A DNA stretch of 64,000 nucleotides, from the NCBI GenBank assembly GCA_964016885.1, contig OZ024742.1:188728001-188792000 (forward strand). The letters are read 5' to 3'. The notes under the pieces were generated by a model. The model made no database searches. It saw only the letters and a list, made by a program, of their open reading frames with translations, and was not told where the DNA came from. This DNA is from Eledone cirrhosa. Taxonomy: Eukaryota. Numbering within the stretch: position 1 is the stretch's first letter; every line of letters starts with the position of its first letter. Below are positions 45,441 through 63,156 of the stretch, in pieces. The position numbers and the translations under genes are program-made.

Positions 45441-45956
45441 CGTGGGTATTATATAATTTATTTTTAAACATTATATTATCATGTTCATCGTCATCACCAT
45501 CATCATAAGCTTCAACATTCCTCAATTATCAGACACAGTAGTGTTGTACTCGTAATTGTTGCAGATGTTAAGTTCGTCATTAATCTTAATAAAGTTTTGT
45601 AGAAATGTATTTAGTTGTTGTTGCTTATTTTCTGGTATACATTGTTGTGGTTGTTTTGGTTATTGTTGTCTTTCTACCGTGTTAATATGCTTACCTACCT
45701 GCCTAGCAGCAAATTATCATTGAGATTAATACATAGATGATGTACATAAGCAAGACATTTTAATACTGCAATTAGCATATATATATATATATATACATCT
45801 ATTTATGTTGACCGGATTTTCAGTTAGTTCAGTGTGTAATTTCATTACTGGGATAGTTCACGATTTTTTAGTTCCACATATGTAAACTTATATATATTAG
45901 AGTTTTTTTATTTCATCTATTCTTTACCTGTAGAGACCACACACACACACACACGC

Positions 45957-46073
<117 letters not shown>

Positions 46074-46082
46074 AATACAATT

Positions 46083-46123
<41 letters not shown>

Positions 46124-46132
46124 AATACAATT

Positions 46133-46195
<63 letters not shown>

Positions 46196-46204
46196 AATAC
46201 AATT

Positions 46205-46261
<57 letters not shown>

Positions 46262-46486
46262 AACATAATATGCCCATTACTCCAAGGCAAATGTTTCTAA
46301 AGTATATTATACCAGCTGAAGAATATCATTTGATAAATTTTACTCTCGCATGAGGCTCCCGGCGATTACGCACATCTTTTGATATACAAGACAGGACTGA
46401 TTTACCTAAAGGAGAAGAAAGAAAAGGATATGACATGTAAAGGATAAACACACGGAATATAATCAATCTGTAAATAATATAAATTA

Positions 46487-46536
<50 letters not shown>

Positions 46537-46893
46537 GTAATACATATTTTTACAAGTGGATTTTGTCATAATGATTTAGAATGATATATAAGTTTTACAT
46601 ATGTTGAACTTTAGCATGGAATCGTCCTGAAGTGACCAAATTGTTTTTGATTTATTAAGTGATACAACGTTGACGATTGTTACGGTATAAGCACTTCTCA
46701 AGACTATGTATGCTGGAACGAGGGCCGCGGGTGGTATAATTGGAGAAAAGGAGGAAGATGAGCAAAGCCTGTTAGTTCAACTATACGCTAAAAAGTAAGT
46801 CAGAACACATACTAGGTAATGACTATGTTACGCACAGAATCTCTTTATCTTTTCTTTCATAGATTTTGTTTTTTGGCATATATATATTTATAT

Positions 46894-46924
<31 letters not shown>

Positions 46925-46930
<6 letters not shown>

Positions 46931-47130
46931 TGTAATAAACAACATAAGGTAATCATTTCATTTACCAGTGGTTTCTTGGAAGCAAACAAATTATTTGTTT
47001 GCTTTCAAGAAACTACTGGTAAATGAAATAATTACCTTATGTTGTTTATTACATAACTATTAAGCTCTGTAACCTACATAGAGCACTCTTTTTTCCTGGA
47101 CCTTTCCAACGGAATTACTTCATTCATACA
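46925..47130 (+). mobile_element. Fold-back element (46925-47059) + tail with stem-loop 47064-47084
   Basis: ~66-bp near-perfect arms; GCTC-TGTA-acc-TACA-TA-GAGC. Confidence 0.85.
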
Positions 47131-47212
47131 TATATATATATAAAACATATTTTAATAGGTAATATATTACAAACAGGTTAGTCCTCAATCGTTGGCCCAG
47201 TCTTCCTATTAA

Positions 47213-47249
<37 letters not shown>

Positions 47250-47959
47250 ATCTCTCTCTCTGGCTCTCTACCTCTAACTCTTATGTCCCGCTATTACGAT
47301 ATTTACTTACTCGTAAATTATACACTACATTTTCATCTACTAATCATACCTCTACCTATCTCAACTACACTCTAAAGTCTGTACCATATAACTCTAATAA
47401 TTTCTATACACAGCTCTACTATCTACTATCTACTCCATACCCTTGCCTTCATCTCTTCTAATAAGCTTTAGCCGATTCATATGTTGGCTGTGATAGTCTG
47501 CAGAAACAATGTGCTCCATTTCCTTTCATTTTCCGACTAAATTATATTTTCCGACTAAACTATAATGTAGTAATGTATACTCACATTACTACAAATACAC
47601 ACGTTTGTAAAAAAAATGATCAAAATTACTCTTTTCCATGTCTATATGGATCATGGTGGCATGTTCCATGTTACATCATTCTAATCAGTCGAAATTAAGG
47701 ATCCTTTTAGTTCACAATGCTTCAGTCACTCATGAAAACATAATTATCAGCTGCACACGGTAATAAGCCTTGCGACGGGTTCGGCCATATACTCTATGTT
47801 GCTTAACACCAATGGAAACTGAATTAGCTGTGACCTCATATGCCTCTAGTCTCAGAGGAACACTCTAACCTTTAACTAATGTACTGTTATATAACATGTA
47901 CTGCTATATAATATGTAATGTACTGTTATAAAACATGATAGGTTACTTCAGACAGGTTT

Positions 47960-48861
47960 CTAATAATTGTTTCTACGTTTGGCACAAGGCTAGCAATTAC
48001 CCAGTGCATTACTGGTACTTTATTTTATCGACCCCGTAAGGATGAAAGGCAAAGTTAACCTCGACAGGATTTGAACTCAGATCGTAAAGGGACGTAACTA
48101 TGCTGGAAAACATGGCGTCCGACCTTCTACCGATACTGCCAAATAATGATTTCGAATTTAGGTATAAGGTCAGAAATTGATTAACTTCACCTCATTACAA
48201 GGCTACTACATTATTTTGTGGATTGGCAGTATCGGTAGAGGGTCGGACGCCATACTTTGCAGCACAGTTTACTTTACGGACTGAGTTGAAATCCCGCCGA
48301 GGTTAACTTTGCCTTTCATCCTAACAGGGTCGATAAAATAAAGTACCAGTAATACACTGGAATAATTTCTGGCCTTGTGCCAAAAGTGGAAACAATTATT
48401 TTATCTAACTCTGAATGATGAAAGGCAAGGGTGATGACGGAGGTGAATGGTTTCTAGTTTATGTGCAATGTCAGTAAATTGAAGGGTGGGGATATTTGAT
48501 TATATTAACTCTCAATACATGATTGGTAGTTTAATTTATCGACCCTAGAATATTGAAATACTGGATTTGAACTCCAAATATGAAAGTGCCGTAACCATAT
48601 GTCGCAAAGCATGTCGCCCGGCAGTCTGCTTAGACTGCGAATCTATTGCCTTAATAATGGTTTCTGATATAGGCACAAGTCCAGGAATTTTGGGGGAGGG
48701 GAAAGTCTATTAAATCGACCCCGGACCATTACTGGTGCTTTATTCTATCAACCCCGCAAGTATGAAAGGCAAACGTAACCTCGGCGGAATTTGAATTCAG
48801 AAAGTAAAGGGCCGTAACTCTATGCCACAAAGCATAATATCTGACGCTCTAATGATACTGC

Positions 48862-48862
<1 letters not shown>
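47960..48862. mobile_element. Cluster of Meta-core SINE copies in both orientations
   Basis: 47960-48142 (-), 48218-48400 (+), 48460-48862 (- diverged); a further cluster at 50345-50830. Confidence 0.85.
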
Positions 48863-48894
<32 letters not shown>

Positions 48895-48895
<1 letters not shown>

Positions 48896-50333
48896 GTTTC
48901 TTTATTGGCCACAAGGGCTGACATAAAAAAAAAATATTACAGACGGCACAGGACGGCACAGGACGGTACGATGTCGGTTTTGTGCGTGTAAATATTTTTA
49001 TTATTTATATGAGAAAAGAAAATAGACATAGAAACATATATATATAAACAATAAAAATGAAAATTGAAACATTGAAAAATTCCCCAATAGGGGGGAAACC
49101 TCCGAGGGTTACTCGTGGCGAGAACCACACAAAACACCACGGCCAGCCTGACCACCAGGGCAAGCGCCCTCTCTCAATGTTTCCATTTCTCAAACTACGG
49201 ACGTATATTCAGTGCGGTCTCGTTCACTCGGACCATTCTCGCTACATTCACCCACCTTTCAACTAACTTGCTAGAAGGCAGCACTTGCCTCTCCACCCTG
49301 ATTTTCCTCTTCAAGTGAAACTTGGAAAGGTTAATTAGGGATTCGCCGAAGAGGAAAGTGTCTGTCTTTAACCCTTTCAACCTTGTCCACCACACAATCT
49401 CTTTCGCCATGGCCACCAGGCAGATGAAAACAGCCTGCCCTTCCTCCTCGAAAGAAGACGGCGAGACCATCTGCACAATGGACTCAGTCGATAACCGGAT
49501 CAGTCCTACACGCGTCAGCAACTGTTCGACATAGCTCCACATGTCAGCAATGCTCGGGCATTGAACGAGTGCGTGCACGACGGTTTCGTCGCTCTACGCG
49601 CATCTCGGACATGCTCGGCTGACGGCAATTCCGTGCCTGTAGAGCTTATCTCGAACTGGCAGCGCTCCCCGGTAACACTGCCAGGCCAGTGATTTTTGGA
49701 AGTTATCCATAGTCCCTCGGCTGAAAGTTCTCCGAAGAGAGCAAACAGCTGATCTTCTTCGACGCCCAGGATCTCTCCGAGAACGTCGTCGCTCTTCCAC
49801 TCCACTAGTCCTCTATAGAACGCCGGGGTGGATGTTCCACCGATACGGGTGCCCAGCTAGCAGAGGGCAGTGAGCGCCTGGAGACATTCCAGTTTCCAAG
49901 CGCTATCCCTCGGTCTTTTTCTGACCCAGGACTGCAGCACCGTCAAGGAGACGAGCTGTGGGAAAACGTGCCTAGCGAACGGCGACCACAACTGTTCACC
50001 GTCAAGGAAGCACCAGAGATGTCGCAGCCTCAGCGCATGTTTGCGCATCATCAGCCATGGCATGCCCAGTCCTCCACGCAACGGGTGTTCATAGCAGATG
50101 GATCGTCTGATCATGGGAGCTCGTCCCTTCCACAAAAAGCGTGAAAGGAGGCGCTCCATTTTGGTGAGAGTTGGGCCGGGGCAAGGGACGACGGTGTGGC
50201 GGTAGCAGATGACGGATGCGATGTACGCATTCGCCACCTCCTGCCGGCCTTTCAGGGACAGATTCCTCTCGGCCCATTTCTGGGTGAGGGAGGCCACCTT
50301 GCTCGTCACCTCGTTCCAGTTTTTCTCCATCTG
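48895..50333 (-). mobile_element. 5'-truncated L1/Tx1-clade LINE (ORF2 post-RT region + CCHC finger + 3' UTR)
   Basis: WAERNLSLKGR, RFLWKG, GGLGMP, CPRC..ETVVHALVQCP; the 3' end reads GCCAATAAAGAAACC; (AAT)n on both sides. Confidence 0.9.
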
Positions 50334-51319
50334 ATAATAATATTAATAATTGTTTCTACTTTAGGCACAAGGCCAGCAATTACCAGTACATTACTGGTAC
50401 TTTAATTTATCGACCCCGTAAGGATGAAAGGCAAAGTTAACCTCGGTCTTTCATCCTAACGGGGTCGAAAGGCCGTGGTTAACTTTGCCTTTCATCCTTA
50501 AATAATAATAATAATAATAATAATTGTTTCTACTTTTGGCACAAGACCAGCATTTACCCAGTGCATTACTGGTTCTTTATTTTATCGACCTCGGAAGGAT
50601 GAAAGGCAAAGTTAACCTTATATAGGCACAAGGCCGGTAATTTGGGGAGAGGGGAAAGTCAATTAAATCGACTCCAGTGCGGGACTGGTACTTTATTTTA
50701 TAGACCCCGTAACGATAAAAGGCAAAGTTAACCTCGGTGGGATTTGAACTCAGAGCGTAAAGAGCCATAACTATACTGTCAAAGCATGGTGTCTGACGCT
50801 CTACCGATTCTACGAAACCACTGCCCTATATAATAATGATGATAACAACAACAACAACAACAATATCAATATCAAAACAAAGTATCTACAACGATACAGC
50901 TGTTAGTTTTTTTTAAATATTATTTCATGAAACATCACGATGTAACACAATGACGATATATAAACAGAGCACGTCTTCAGGTTCTGAACTGTACAGGAAA
51001 TATTTTAATTGAATAAAATTACATGCTGTGAAATCTTTATTCTGTGACACAACTTTAAAGTTTCTCAGAATGAAAATTGATTTCTCTAAGAATGCAGTAC
51101 GTATTACGAGATCCCAGGTGACTGGTAACCTTTTAAATGCATTGTTTGTTTTATAGTAAGTTGTAAGACGTTACGCATGTGCCTAGATAATAGATTTCTT
51201 TATATATCCTGATATACGCTGGTTTCAATAAGAAATTACACTATTATTCTTTATTTAATAACTGTTATATACTTATGAAATTGTTACATCATGTAAAGAA
51301 TAGAATATAAACATAACCG

Positions 51320-52962
51320 GCTTTATATAAATATATAAATTCGGTATACAAGCATGCAATTCCATTTAGCACTCGACGTCATATTACTTCTTAAAAAACC
51401 AGGACGAAGGAGTATATTTATAAAGAGTAGAATGCGAAGTTTAAGATGTTTCAGTCATTTATTAATTGAGGCGTTACACATATTTCCATGATGATAGATA
51501 TCGTGATTTCTTCAGACAGCAAAAATTGATTAAAAGGTAACATTTCCGAGGCAATTTTGGGTGGAAGGGAGCGAACTAAATAAATGTATGTTTTTGCTTT
51601 GGATATCTGCTCCCTTCTAACTTTCAGAACATTCCTACAGCCCCGAGCAGATGCAACGGTGTGGGTGGATGGCCACTCAACTACCACCTAGAATACTACC
51701 ACACTTATGTGTTCTCTCTAGCTACCAGTCCCCCCCACCCCCTACCCCGGCCGACAACACTATACGGTTAGTGGGAGTTCAAACCAGCCAAATTTGTTTT
51801 GCTGCTAACTTTGATATCCAGCAGAATTTCAGTGCATTCGATACCCGTTTATGGCGGGATAATATACAGACCATCAACCCCAAAGGGAGAAGGTTACCTA
51901 CTGCTATGTTTAATATAACTTATAGAAAATATTTAAGATTTCACAATCCCCAAAATTCTAAATTTTAGACGTTAAAAGCTAGAAGTTCAGAAAACTAGAC
52001 AACAGTCAATATACTAAAAATAATATCTAACTGGCAAAGTGTATATTCGTATTAGGGGTTTGGTTCAGTACTGGATATTAACTTTTTATGACTCCCCATG
52101 GAAAAAAAGCTGGCCTCTTGTCGAGAATGACAGGCAAAATTTAAAGTATCGAATGTAACGAATGTAAAAATTAGATAATCATACAGTAGAAAACCGACCA
52201 GTGTTCTATGGCTATTATTATGGTCAATTCGGTAGAGACAAATAACACATTGATAATGAAGATTTAAGGAAGAATATAAGAAAAAGTACAAACGAGTAAG
52301 GATGAACGGGAAAAGTGAATTATAAAGAAAATAAAAGAAAATAAAGGAGAAAGATTAGAAAGAAATTATAAAGAGAATGAAGGAAAGGAAAATGCAGTAA
52401 AAAAATTGAAGGAAAAATCTGTGATAAATGACTTAGTGGGGGCGAGTTATAGAGAGTCAGTTATATTCAGTGCTTCGGGTGTTTTGGTCAGTGCAGTTGC
52501 AGCTGCAGGCTGTCCGTGGCTATATGAGGCAGGATGGGACCCAGCAGGAGATCTTTGTTCCAGAGGGTTGCATGGAAAATAAGAGGTAGTTGTTTGTTTT
52601 TGTTCTCTCATAAATCCGTTCGAAACTTGTTCCATAGTAAATTTCCCTCAACAATTGGCGTATTTCCAGGTGTGGTTTGCCTTAATTCTACAGATTGGAT
52701 TTTATCAAAATGCGCTCAGCATGGGGAGCTAACTACTGGTAGCTAGAGAGAACAAATACGTTTTGTAGTATTCTAGATGGTAATTGAGTGGGGCTGTCGG
52801 GATGTTCTGAAAGGTAAAGGGGAACGGACGGACGCTCATAGCAAAAACATACCCTCGGAAATGTTACCTTTTAATCAATGTTTGCTGTCTGAAGAAACCA
52901 CGATATCTATCGTCACAGAAATGTGCATAACAGCTCAATCAAGAAAGTATTCAAACATCTTC
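51320..52962. mobile_element. Older PLE with inverted pLTRs (51440-51730 / 52735-52962), hammerheads 51470-51520 (-) and 52884-52934 (+), tail stem-loop 51371-51413 (-)
   Basis: GCUGU-CUGAAGA-..ACGAU aucu AUCGU..-GAA-AUGUGCAU-A-ACAGC. Confidence 0.75.
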
Positions 52963-53133
52963 AGCCACACATTTATATTAGCAAAGAGTTATTTAATTTG
53001 TTGGTTATTCAACAAATTTATTCATAACAGATTCAAAGCACTCTAAGGCTTTTTCTGCAGTTTTAAATCAACATATGTTTATTTAAAACTTCACTATCCA
53101 CAAGTGTATTTTAACCTTCATATCTTGTCTTCC

Positions 53134-53201
53134 TATTTTATCTGATGAAAACACAAATATTATTGCATGATATTTGTTTTTGAAATGCGCATAATAAAAT
53201 A
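53134..53201 (+). ncRNA. Type I hammerhead ribozyme with 8-bp stem I, followed by tail stem-loop 53246-53270
   Basis: UAUUUUAU-CUGAUGA-AAACACAAAUAU..AUAUUUGUUUUU-GAA-AUGCGCAU-A-AUAAAAUA. Confidence 0.8.
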
Positions 53202-53329
53202 CATGGAACTCTTTTAACCATCTTTTGTTATTATATATTATGTATACTCCAATCCTACAAACTGTAGAGTGCTTCTTATCCGATATCTGCATTGCTTTAT
53301 TGTACTACAATAAAACTCACCTCCTACAT

Positions 53330-54997
<1,668 letters not shown>

Positions 54998-54998
<1 letters not shown>

Positions 54999-56821
54999 CG
55001 GCGATGAATTAGTTTTGCGAGGTTTTTTATATGAAATCGTGTGTCGAAACAGATATTGTTATATTTGGGGAGGGTCATATTTGCGTAATATTGCCAGAAT
55101 TAATAACAGAACACACTCACTGTTTGGTTGGTTTTCGCTTCTCGCTGTCTTTTATATCTGCGATCTAACTTATTCGGTCCTCAATGTTGCCATTGACTGA
55201 CCGGCGGTCAAAAATAATACAGATACAATATAGACAGAAACACATATATATAGTTTACATAATTTACATAAATCTTTCGTTGCACATCTGCAACATCGTC
55301 AGTGGTGTTATATTCATTGTTCCTCCTGTTGTGTTGTATGTCTACGCCATTTTTTTTTTTTTGTTTTTTTTGTTCTGTCTGTCTATATATTTATTTATTT
55401 ATTTGCTTGTTTGTTTAGCTTATTTTATTTTTTTTGTCTTCTTTGCGCATGCGTTTGCGTGTGTGTATAGTGTTATGTGTGATGTGTGACTAGTGTGTAT
55501 AGTGTTGTGTCTGCTGGGTGACTAGTGTGTGTTTATGTGCTTGTTGTTATTGTGCTTGTGTATGTATTTATTTATCTTATTTTATTTTATTTTATTTACT
55601 TATTTATACTTCTCTTAGGTCAGTGTTGTTTGTTTGGGTGCTGTTGTTGTTCCACTCATTCTTTCTGTTTAGCTTTGGTCTTCTAATTTCTATTTCACTG
55701 GCCTCTCTGATTTGCCTATCTGCTGGGTCATTCCTATGTTTAGATATTATTCTAATTTCTATGTTGTCTATGTTACCGGCATGTTGTTGCCTAGCATGTT
55801 CGTATAGTACTGACCCGTTTTTTCGTCCTTTTAGTTCCCCCCAGTGTTGGTCTATCCTTTCCCCTATGCTACGAGCTGTCTCACCTATGTATGTTGTTGT
55901 CATGTTTCTGCAAGTACCCTCTGTACATCTTATGCTATAGACTACGTTTCTAGTTTTACAGTTTATCCGGGGGTTCACCTTACATATGATACATTTCCTA
56001 TTGGTACAGTGGGTTTTCTTAAAAGGGTAGGTTTTGCTGATCAGGGATTTTATGGTGGTTCCTGGCTTTTCTACCACCTTTATTTTTAAGTGGGTCTTTC
56101 TCAGGGCCTTTCTACACTGGTTAGCTAATTTCCCTCCAGGGGTGGCGTCCACAAACATGACACTCTGATATCTCTGGTTGTCGTACCATGATGTGGCCTT
56201 CCCTATCTTATGTCTAGCCCTATCTAAGCTATTCCATGATTTGCTCCTGTATAGTGGGCAAATTCCTTTCATGTCCAGTTCTATGAGGGTCTTATACTTT
56301 TCCATAGCTCCTTCGTATACTCTGACTCTGTCTCTTTGGTTGTAGCCAGAGAACTGCATGCGGTTGATGAAGTGTTGGATGTGTCCTTCCATTTCTGTTG
56401 GGTCGCACATGCTGGACACATTCTTCATCACTCGTACCAAATCTGCGATCAGAATATTAAACTTAGCATTACTGGACATTGCTGAGTTTTTGAGTATCAG
56501 GTATATAAAAAAAAAAAAAAAAAAAAATGGCGTAGACATACAACACAACAGGAGGAACAATGAATATAACACCACTGACGATGTTGCAGATGTGCAACGA
56601 AAGATTTATGTAGATTATGTAAACTATATATATGTGTTTGTATCTATGTTGTATCTGTATTATTTTTGACCGCCGGTCAGTCAATGGCAACATTTAGGAC
56701 CGTATAAGTTAGATCGCAGATATAAAAGACAGCGAGAAGCGAAAACCAACCAAACAGTGAGTGTGTTCTGTTATTAATTCTGGCAATATTACGCAAATAT
56801 GACCCTCCCCCAAATATAACA

Positions 56822-56822
<1 letters not shown>
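54998..56822 (-). mobile_element. Nematis-like Penelope retroelement, 5'-truncated, with inverted pLTRs (55056-55360 / 56505-56822) and a ~55-nt tail
   Basis: Arms nearly identical; hammerhead CUGACGA-uGUUGCA..UGCAAC-GAAAGAUUUA at 56570-56612 (+) and 55266-55308 (-). Confidence 0.9.
55604..56500 (-). CDS. Uninterrupted C-terminal part of a PLE polyprotein: RT thumb + Cys-rich linker + GIY-YIG endonuclease (no true start)
   Basis: MQFSGY, SVMFVDATPGGKL, KVVEKPG, CTNRKCIIC..CKTRNVVYSIRC..YIGETARSIGERIDQH..LNRKNEW. The listed start at 56575 lies in the inverted pLTR. Confidence 0.85.
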   Translation of the reverse strand: MILKNSAMSSNAKFNILIADLVRVMKNVSSMCDPTEMEGHIQHFINRMQFSGYNQRDRVRVYEGAMEKYKTLIELDMKGICPLYRSKSWNSLDRARHKIGKATSWYDNQRYQSVMFVDATPGGKLANQCRKALRKTHLKIKVVEKPGTTIKSLISKTYPFKKTHCTNRKCIICKVNPRINCKTRNVVYSIRCTEGTCRNMTTTYIGETARSIGERIDQHWGELKGRKNGSVLYEHARQQHAGNIDNIEIRIISKHRNDPADRQIREASEIEIRRPKLNRKNEWNNNSTQTNNTDLREV

Positions 56823-58203
<1,381 letters not shown>

Positions 58204-58206
<3 letters not shown>

Positions 58207-58749
58207 GATTTTGAGTTTATGTTGGTTGTATACCAACACCTCAGTATGCAGCTTGAGCACTCGACGAAGTGCGCAGGTTGGTTTGGTTACTCCGGAGTAG
58301 TGTAAAATAAAGTTAAATAAAAGTCAAATGATTAAAATTTAGCTTCGTTTATTACTGCTATATATATTTCAGTGACAGCCATCTTTGGCTGTGACCTCTT
58401 CAGGCAGTTTGAATTAGTATGGTATAGACAAGTACATATGTTGTTTAGGTGTATGATATTGTCAATACTCTGATATGCCCAGTTCCTTGCTGGGTTGTTA
58501 ATTCACTGGGGAACTGGAGTCAAAAGATATGACTCCAGTTCCCCAGTGAATTAACAACCCAGCAAGGAACTGGGCATATCAGAGTATTGACAATATCATA
58601 CACCTAAACAACATATGTACTTGTCTATACCATACTAATTCAAACTGCCTGAAGAGGTCACAGCCAAAGATGGCTGTCACTGAAATATATATAGCAGTAA
58701 TAAACGAAGCTAAATTTTAATCATTTGACTTTTATTTAACTTTATTTTA
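58204..58749. mobile_element. Young fold-back element (arms 58303-58522 / 58530-58749) + 100-nt tail with stem-loop 58259-58298 (-)
   Basis: ~220-bp apparently perfect inverted repeat with a 7-nt loop. Confidence 0.9.
58644..58698 (+). ncRNA. Type I hammerhead ribozyme (mirror copy 58354-58408, minus)
   Basis: ACUGC-CUGAAGA-GGU cACAGCCA aaga UGGCUGUc ACU-GAA-AUAUAUAU-A-GCAGU. Confidence 0.85.
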
Positions 58750-58759
58750 TATATATATG

Positions 58760-58841
<82 letters not shown>

Positions 58842-58892
58842 AATATATACATATATATAAATATATATATATATATAAATATATAAATACAT

Positions 58893-58990
<98 letters not shown>

Positions 58991-59062
58991 TTTATATATA
59001 TATATATATATATTTTTATATATATATATATATATATTTTTATATATATATATATATAATTA

Positions 59063-59113
<51 letters not shown>

Positions 59114-59766
59114 CAAACCTGGACCATCACTTCGATATTTTGCAGTATCTCAGTTAGGTTTTTGTAAAACCGAAATCTGCAAAATCCGCTTGCTGGTGCT
59201 GGAAAATCGAACAGAGGATTTACTTTCTCAACAGGCTTCCGTTCAGACGCCAGGGCGGTTGTGAGAGCACAAGCTTCTCCAAAGGGAGATAACACCCGGT
59301 TTTTGGCGGTCAAATACATATGATGAGTAATGGAATAGTTACAGGATTGTGGTTACCACATTGGATTCATAATCGTGTGGCTGTGAGTTCAATTCCTGGA
59401 CTATGCGATGCGTTATGACCTTGACAAAGACATTTTATTTCACGTTGCTCCTTCTACCTGGAGTTGCGACCGATAGAAAGTATTCGCAATTGGAAAGACC
59501 AACGAAAACTTTGTTCCCTCGGTCAGATTCGACGAAAGTCGATCGACTGTAGATATATATATATTGGTATGTATATAATTAGATATATATATTCGTGTAA
59601 CTTACACATACACAGCCACACACACGCACACGCACACATATAAATATATATTCATTTTATTAAGGATGAATAATTGGTTTCATTATTCTGGAGGTCTGCC
59701 TACTTCGGCGTTGGGTACTCATCTCTCTCAGCCGTCAACGGCATGTGAATATATATATATATATAT

Positions 59767-59923
59767 AATGAAGGAAATGTGGTAAGGAACCAGATGGACC
59801 ATAACGCACCAAAGAACTCAATACTTAGGGTAGTAGAGTGGGTAATAGGAACGAGTGGACTAATTTTAGTCCAGAATTAGCCGTCGAAACGGCTTGAGCT
59901 CAGCTGTCGGGGTCCTACTCGTT

Positions 59924-59926
<3 letters not shown>
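59767..59926 (-). mobile_element. Family A fold-back element with an internal deletion
   Basis: Tail and stem-loop (59816-59839) on the minus strand; turnaround GGACTAATTTTAGTCC. Confidence 0.85.
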
Positions 59927-59996
<70 letters not shown>

Positions 59997-60698
59997 GTAT
60001 GTATATGCTGTATAGGACTGTTTATCTAGTCGTTTTTTAGTGATATTTCTGATGAACAGACCCCTCCCCCCACCCGCATTACTGCATCAGATATATCATA
60101 AGTGAAATAATTCTACATTGTACTAATGTATCTACACCTAGTCAAGTGTGATGTCCGTTTTAATTGAAATCTAATTCTTGAGGGAATGCCTTATGTAATA
60201 TATTATCTCGGAAACACTGTATGAAAATCTCATGTAGAGATGGAACTATTAAAAATCTGAGAGCAACAAACTCTGAATACTTATATGTCATCTGACATTA
60301 ATAACCATACCATTTGACAACCGGCTTAAAATATCATCGTAGGGAGGAGAAACAAAACGCCCACCGCTTTCTTTTCCATTATATAATATATAAAAAGACG
60401 TATTTTAATAAAAGACAGCGAAATAATGAAGATAATCCCTGTTTCACTCCCTTTGTTTCCAAGTTGATTAACTTAAAAGTGAATCTTAAATGGCATACTG
60501 AAGTGTCTGCATGCCATGAGAAAAAGCAAATCGTGATGTGGAAATGATGTTTATGTGTCTCAGTTCATATGTTCCTGGGAATTTCTTTACCTCATATTAA
60601 ATTGAAGATTTTATATTTTCAATGAGTATTACTGATTCATACCTCTCTAAACCCACTTTTACCAACACTCCTGAGATCTCGGGTTCATGTTAATATAC

Positions 60699-60763
<65 letters not shown>

Positions 60764-60959
60764 GTATTTTTCAATCTAGCTAACTTAGTCATTTACAATA
60801 CAAACATGGATATGTTGGTATTTGTGTTTATCAAATATATTAATTTATATTAACTTGTATTACACGGCTCAGAAATACTTCTTTCTTTGAACTATTACAT
60901 TGTAAAGGACTACCTGAGATTTGAACTCATTATTAATAGTATATATATATATATACCAG

Positions 60960-61402
<443 letters not shown>

Positions 61403-62274
61403 CTGTGTGTGTGTGTGTGTGTGTGAGTAGTGTTTTATTAGAAATTTGGTAAGGAAATGGTTAAATTATTTAATTGATCTTATAATATTGGAATTTTGAA
61501 TTGTTGTTTCACAACTTCAGTAACAACGAAATCATATAGCTATTCAGGAAAGCGAAGCATCAATGGGTAGCTTAAAGTGTAGCTAGTTAACTCCTTCATT
61601 GTCGAATTTTTATATTAAAATACTCTTTATTTCAATTAATTAATAAAGGATCTGGAGGAGTTTCTAAAATTATTAATTGGGTTGTTATTAAAGACGATAT
61701 TGAAACTGTACAAATGGATTTGATATCCAATAATGCAGGACTTCTTTGAGGCAAGTAGGTGCCCTTTGAAACTTTGAAATGGGTAGTTTTTATATACATC
61801 TAGAGGCAACTTTAGACTTTAAAATGCTTTAGGTACGTATCTCTTAAAACGGGAAAATATTATTACATTAAAATTTAATATTGCTTTTCAGAGTTATACT
61901 TGTCTGTCAAGTGATTTGATTTGAGACTATGACGAAAAGATTTATTCCCCCAATTTAAACACGAAACAAATCGCGGTTAAATTCAGTTTTACTTTATCGC
62001 TTATTTCTTGCATCTAAAATATGTAGTGCCCTCTTTAGGCAGTAAAACCCTGTCATAAAACTCAGTTTTATTTAAATGTAATATATTTAAAAGTGTTTTA
62101 TTTAAACTGCAACCCTTCAAATTGAAACAGTGATGTATATCTATGAATTTTCTTTAGAGAGAATATATCTCGCTCCTCAGTTATACTCCAAATGGTTTGA
62201 GTTGAAAACATATGTTGAAACTAAAGCATTTACAAAAACAGTTAAATTCATTTTACATTTATCATATATAACTA

Positions 62275-62362
62275 CGAGGGTCGGCTGAAACGTTCATAGG
62301 CTGGGCAAGATATTCCCATGTAATATGACAAAATGAGGTTTATTTTCAACATTGACCCCTCG
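62275..62362. mobile_element. Tiny mariner-like MITE remnant
   Basis: TA|CGAGGGTC...GACCCCTCG|TA terminal inverted repeats with TA duplication. Confidence 0.5.
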
Positions 62363-62974
62363 TATATTTTCAAATTTCCCTCGCATTCCTTGCATTCCTT
62401 GCAACCTGGTCACAGACATAATTCTACTGAGCGGTGAATATTTTGAAACTACGAAATACATTATAAATGTAAAGTTAATTTAATAGATTCTGCGTGTTAT
62501 CTAAATCTCTGAAATGACTATTCCACGATGGAATTGCTGTGCATACCATACGTTTCATGTTATCGATTAAGTTAACATTTTCTATAATTTTCTGTAGTAA
62601 ATGAGGAAAAGCACAGTTCAAGTAGTAAGTAGCAGATGTGGTCGAATCCTACAAGTAAAGTTATTTCATAATTGACTTCTATATTCAATATTATATTGTT
62701 TTTCCTGTCATGAATTTAACACAGCTGCTGGTTTTAACGTGATCAGTTGGTTTATCAATGACATTTGCTTTGTAAGGATAGTTCGATTATTGTCGCGTTT
62801 CTAGTTAATTTTAGAATTGTGGTTGTATGCCTACTGATTTGGAAAATACTAGTTGAAAGAACCATGATACATGTCTACATAAGGCGATGGGGACATTACA
62901 TTATCTATTCTAGTCTCTACCGTCTGTATAACTGGCTTTAAACATGTAAGTGAATGATTTTGTTGTTGTTTATT

Positions 62975-63097
62975 TTTGTTAACTTCTCTTCTTCGTCTTC
63001 GTCCAAATAATCCTTAGAGGTTCGTGGGGGCAGAGCCCTGAAACAGATGTTCCAGAGTGTCCTAACAGAAGCAACCATCTCCAACTGATCCGGCTTT
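62975..63097 (-). mobile_element. Probable RTE-like LINE extreme 3' fragment
   Basis: LEMVASVRTLW..ALPPRTSKD followed by a GAAGAC-type tail. Confidence 0.4.
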
Positions 63098-63099
63098 GT

Positions 63100-63156
<57 letters not shown>
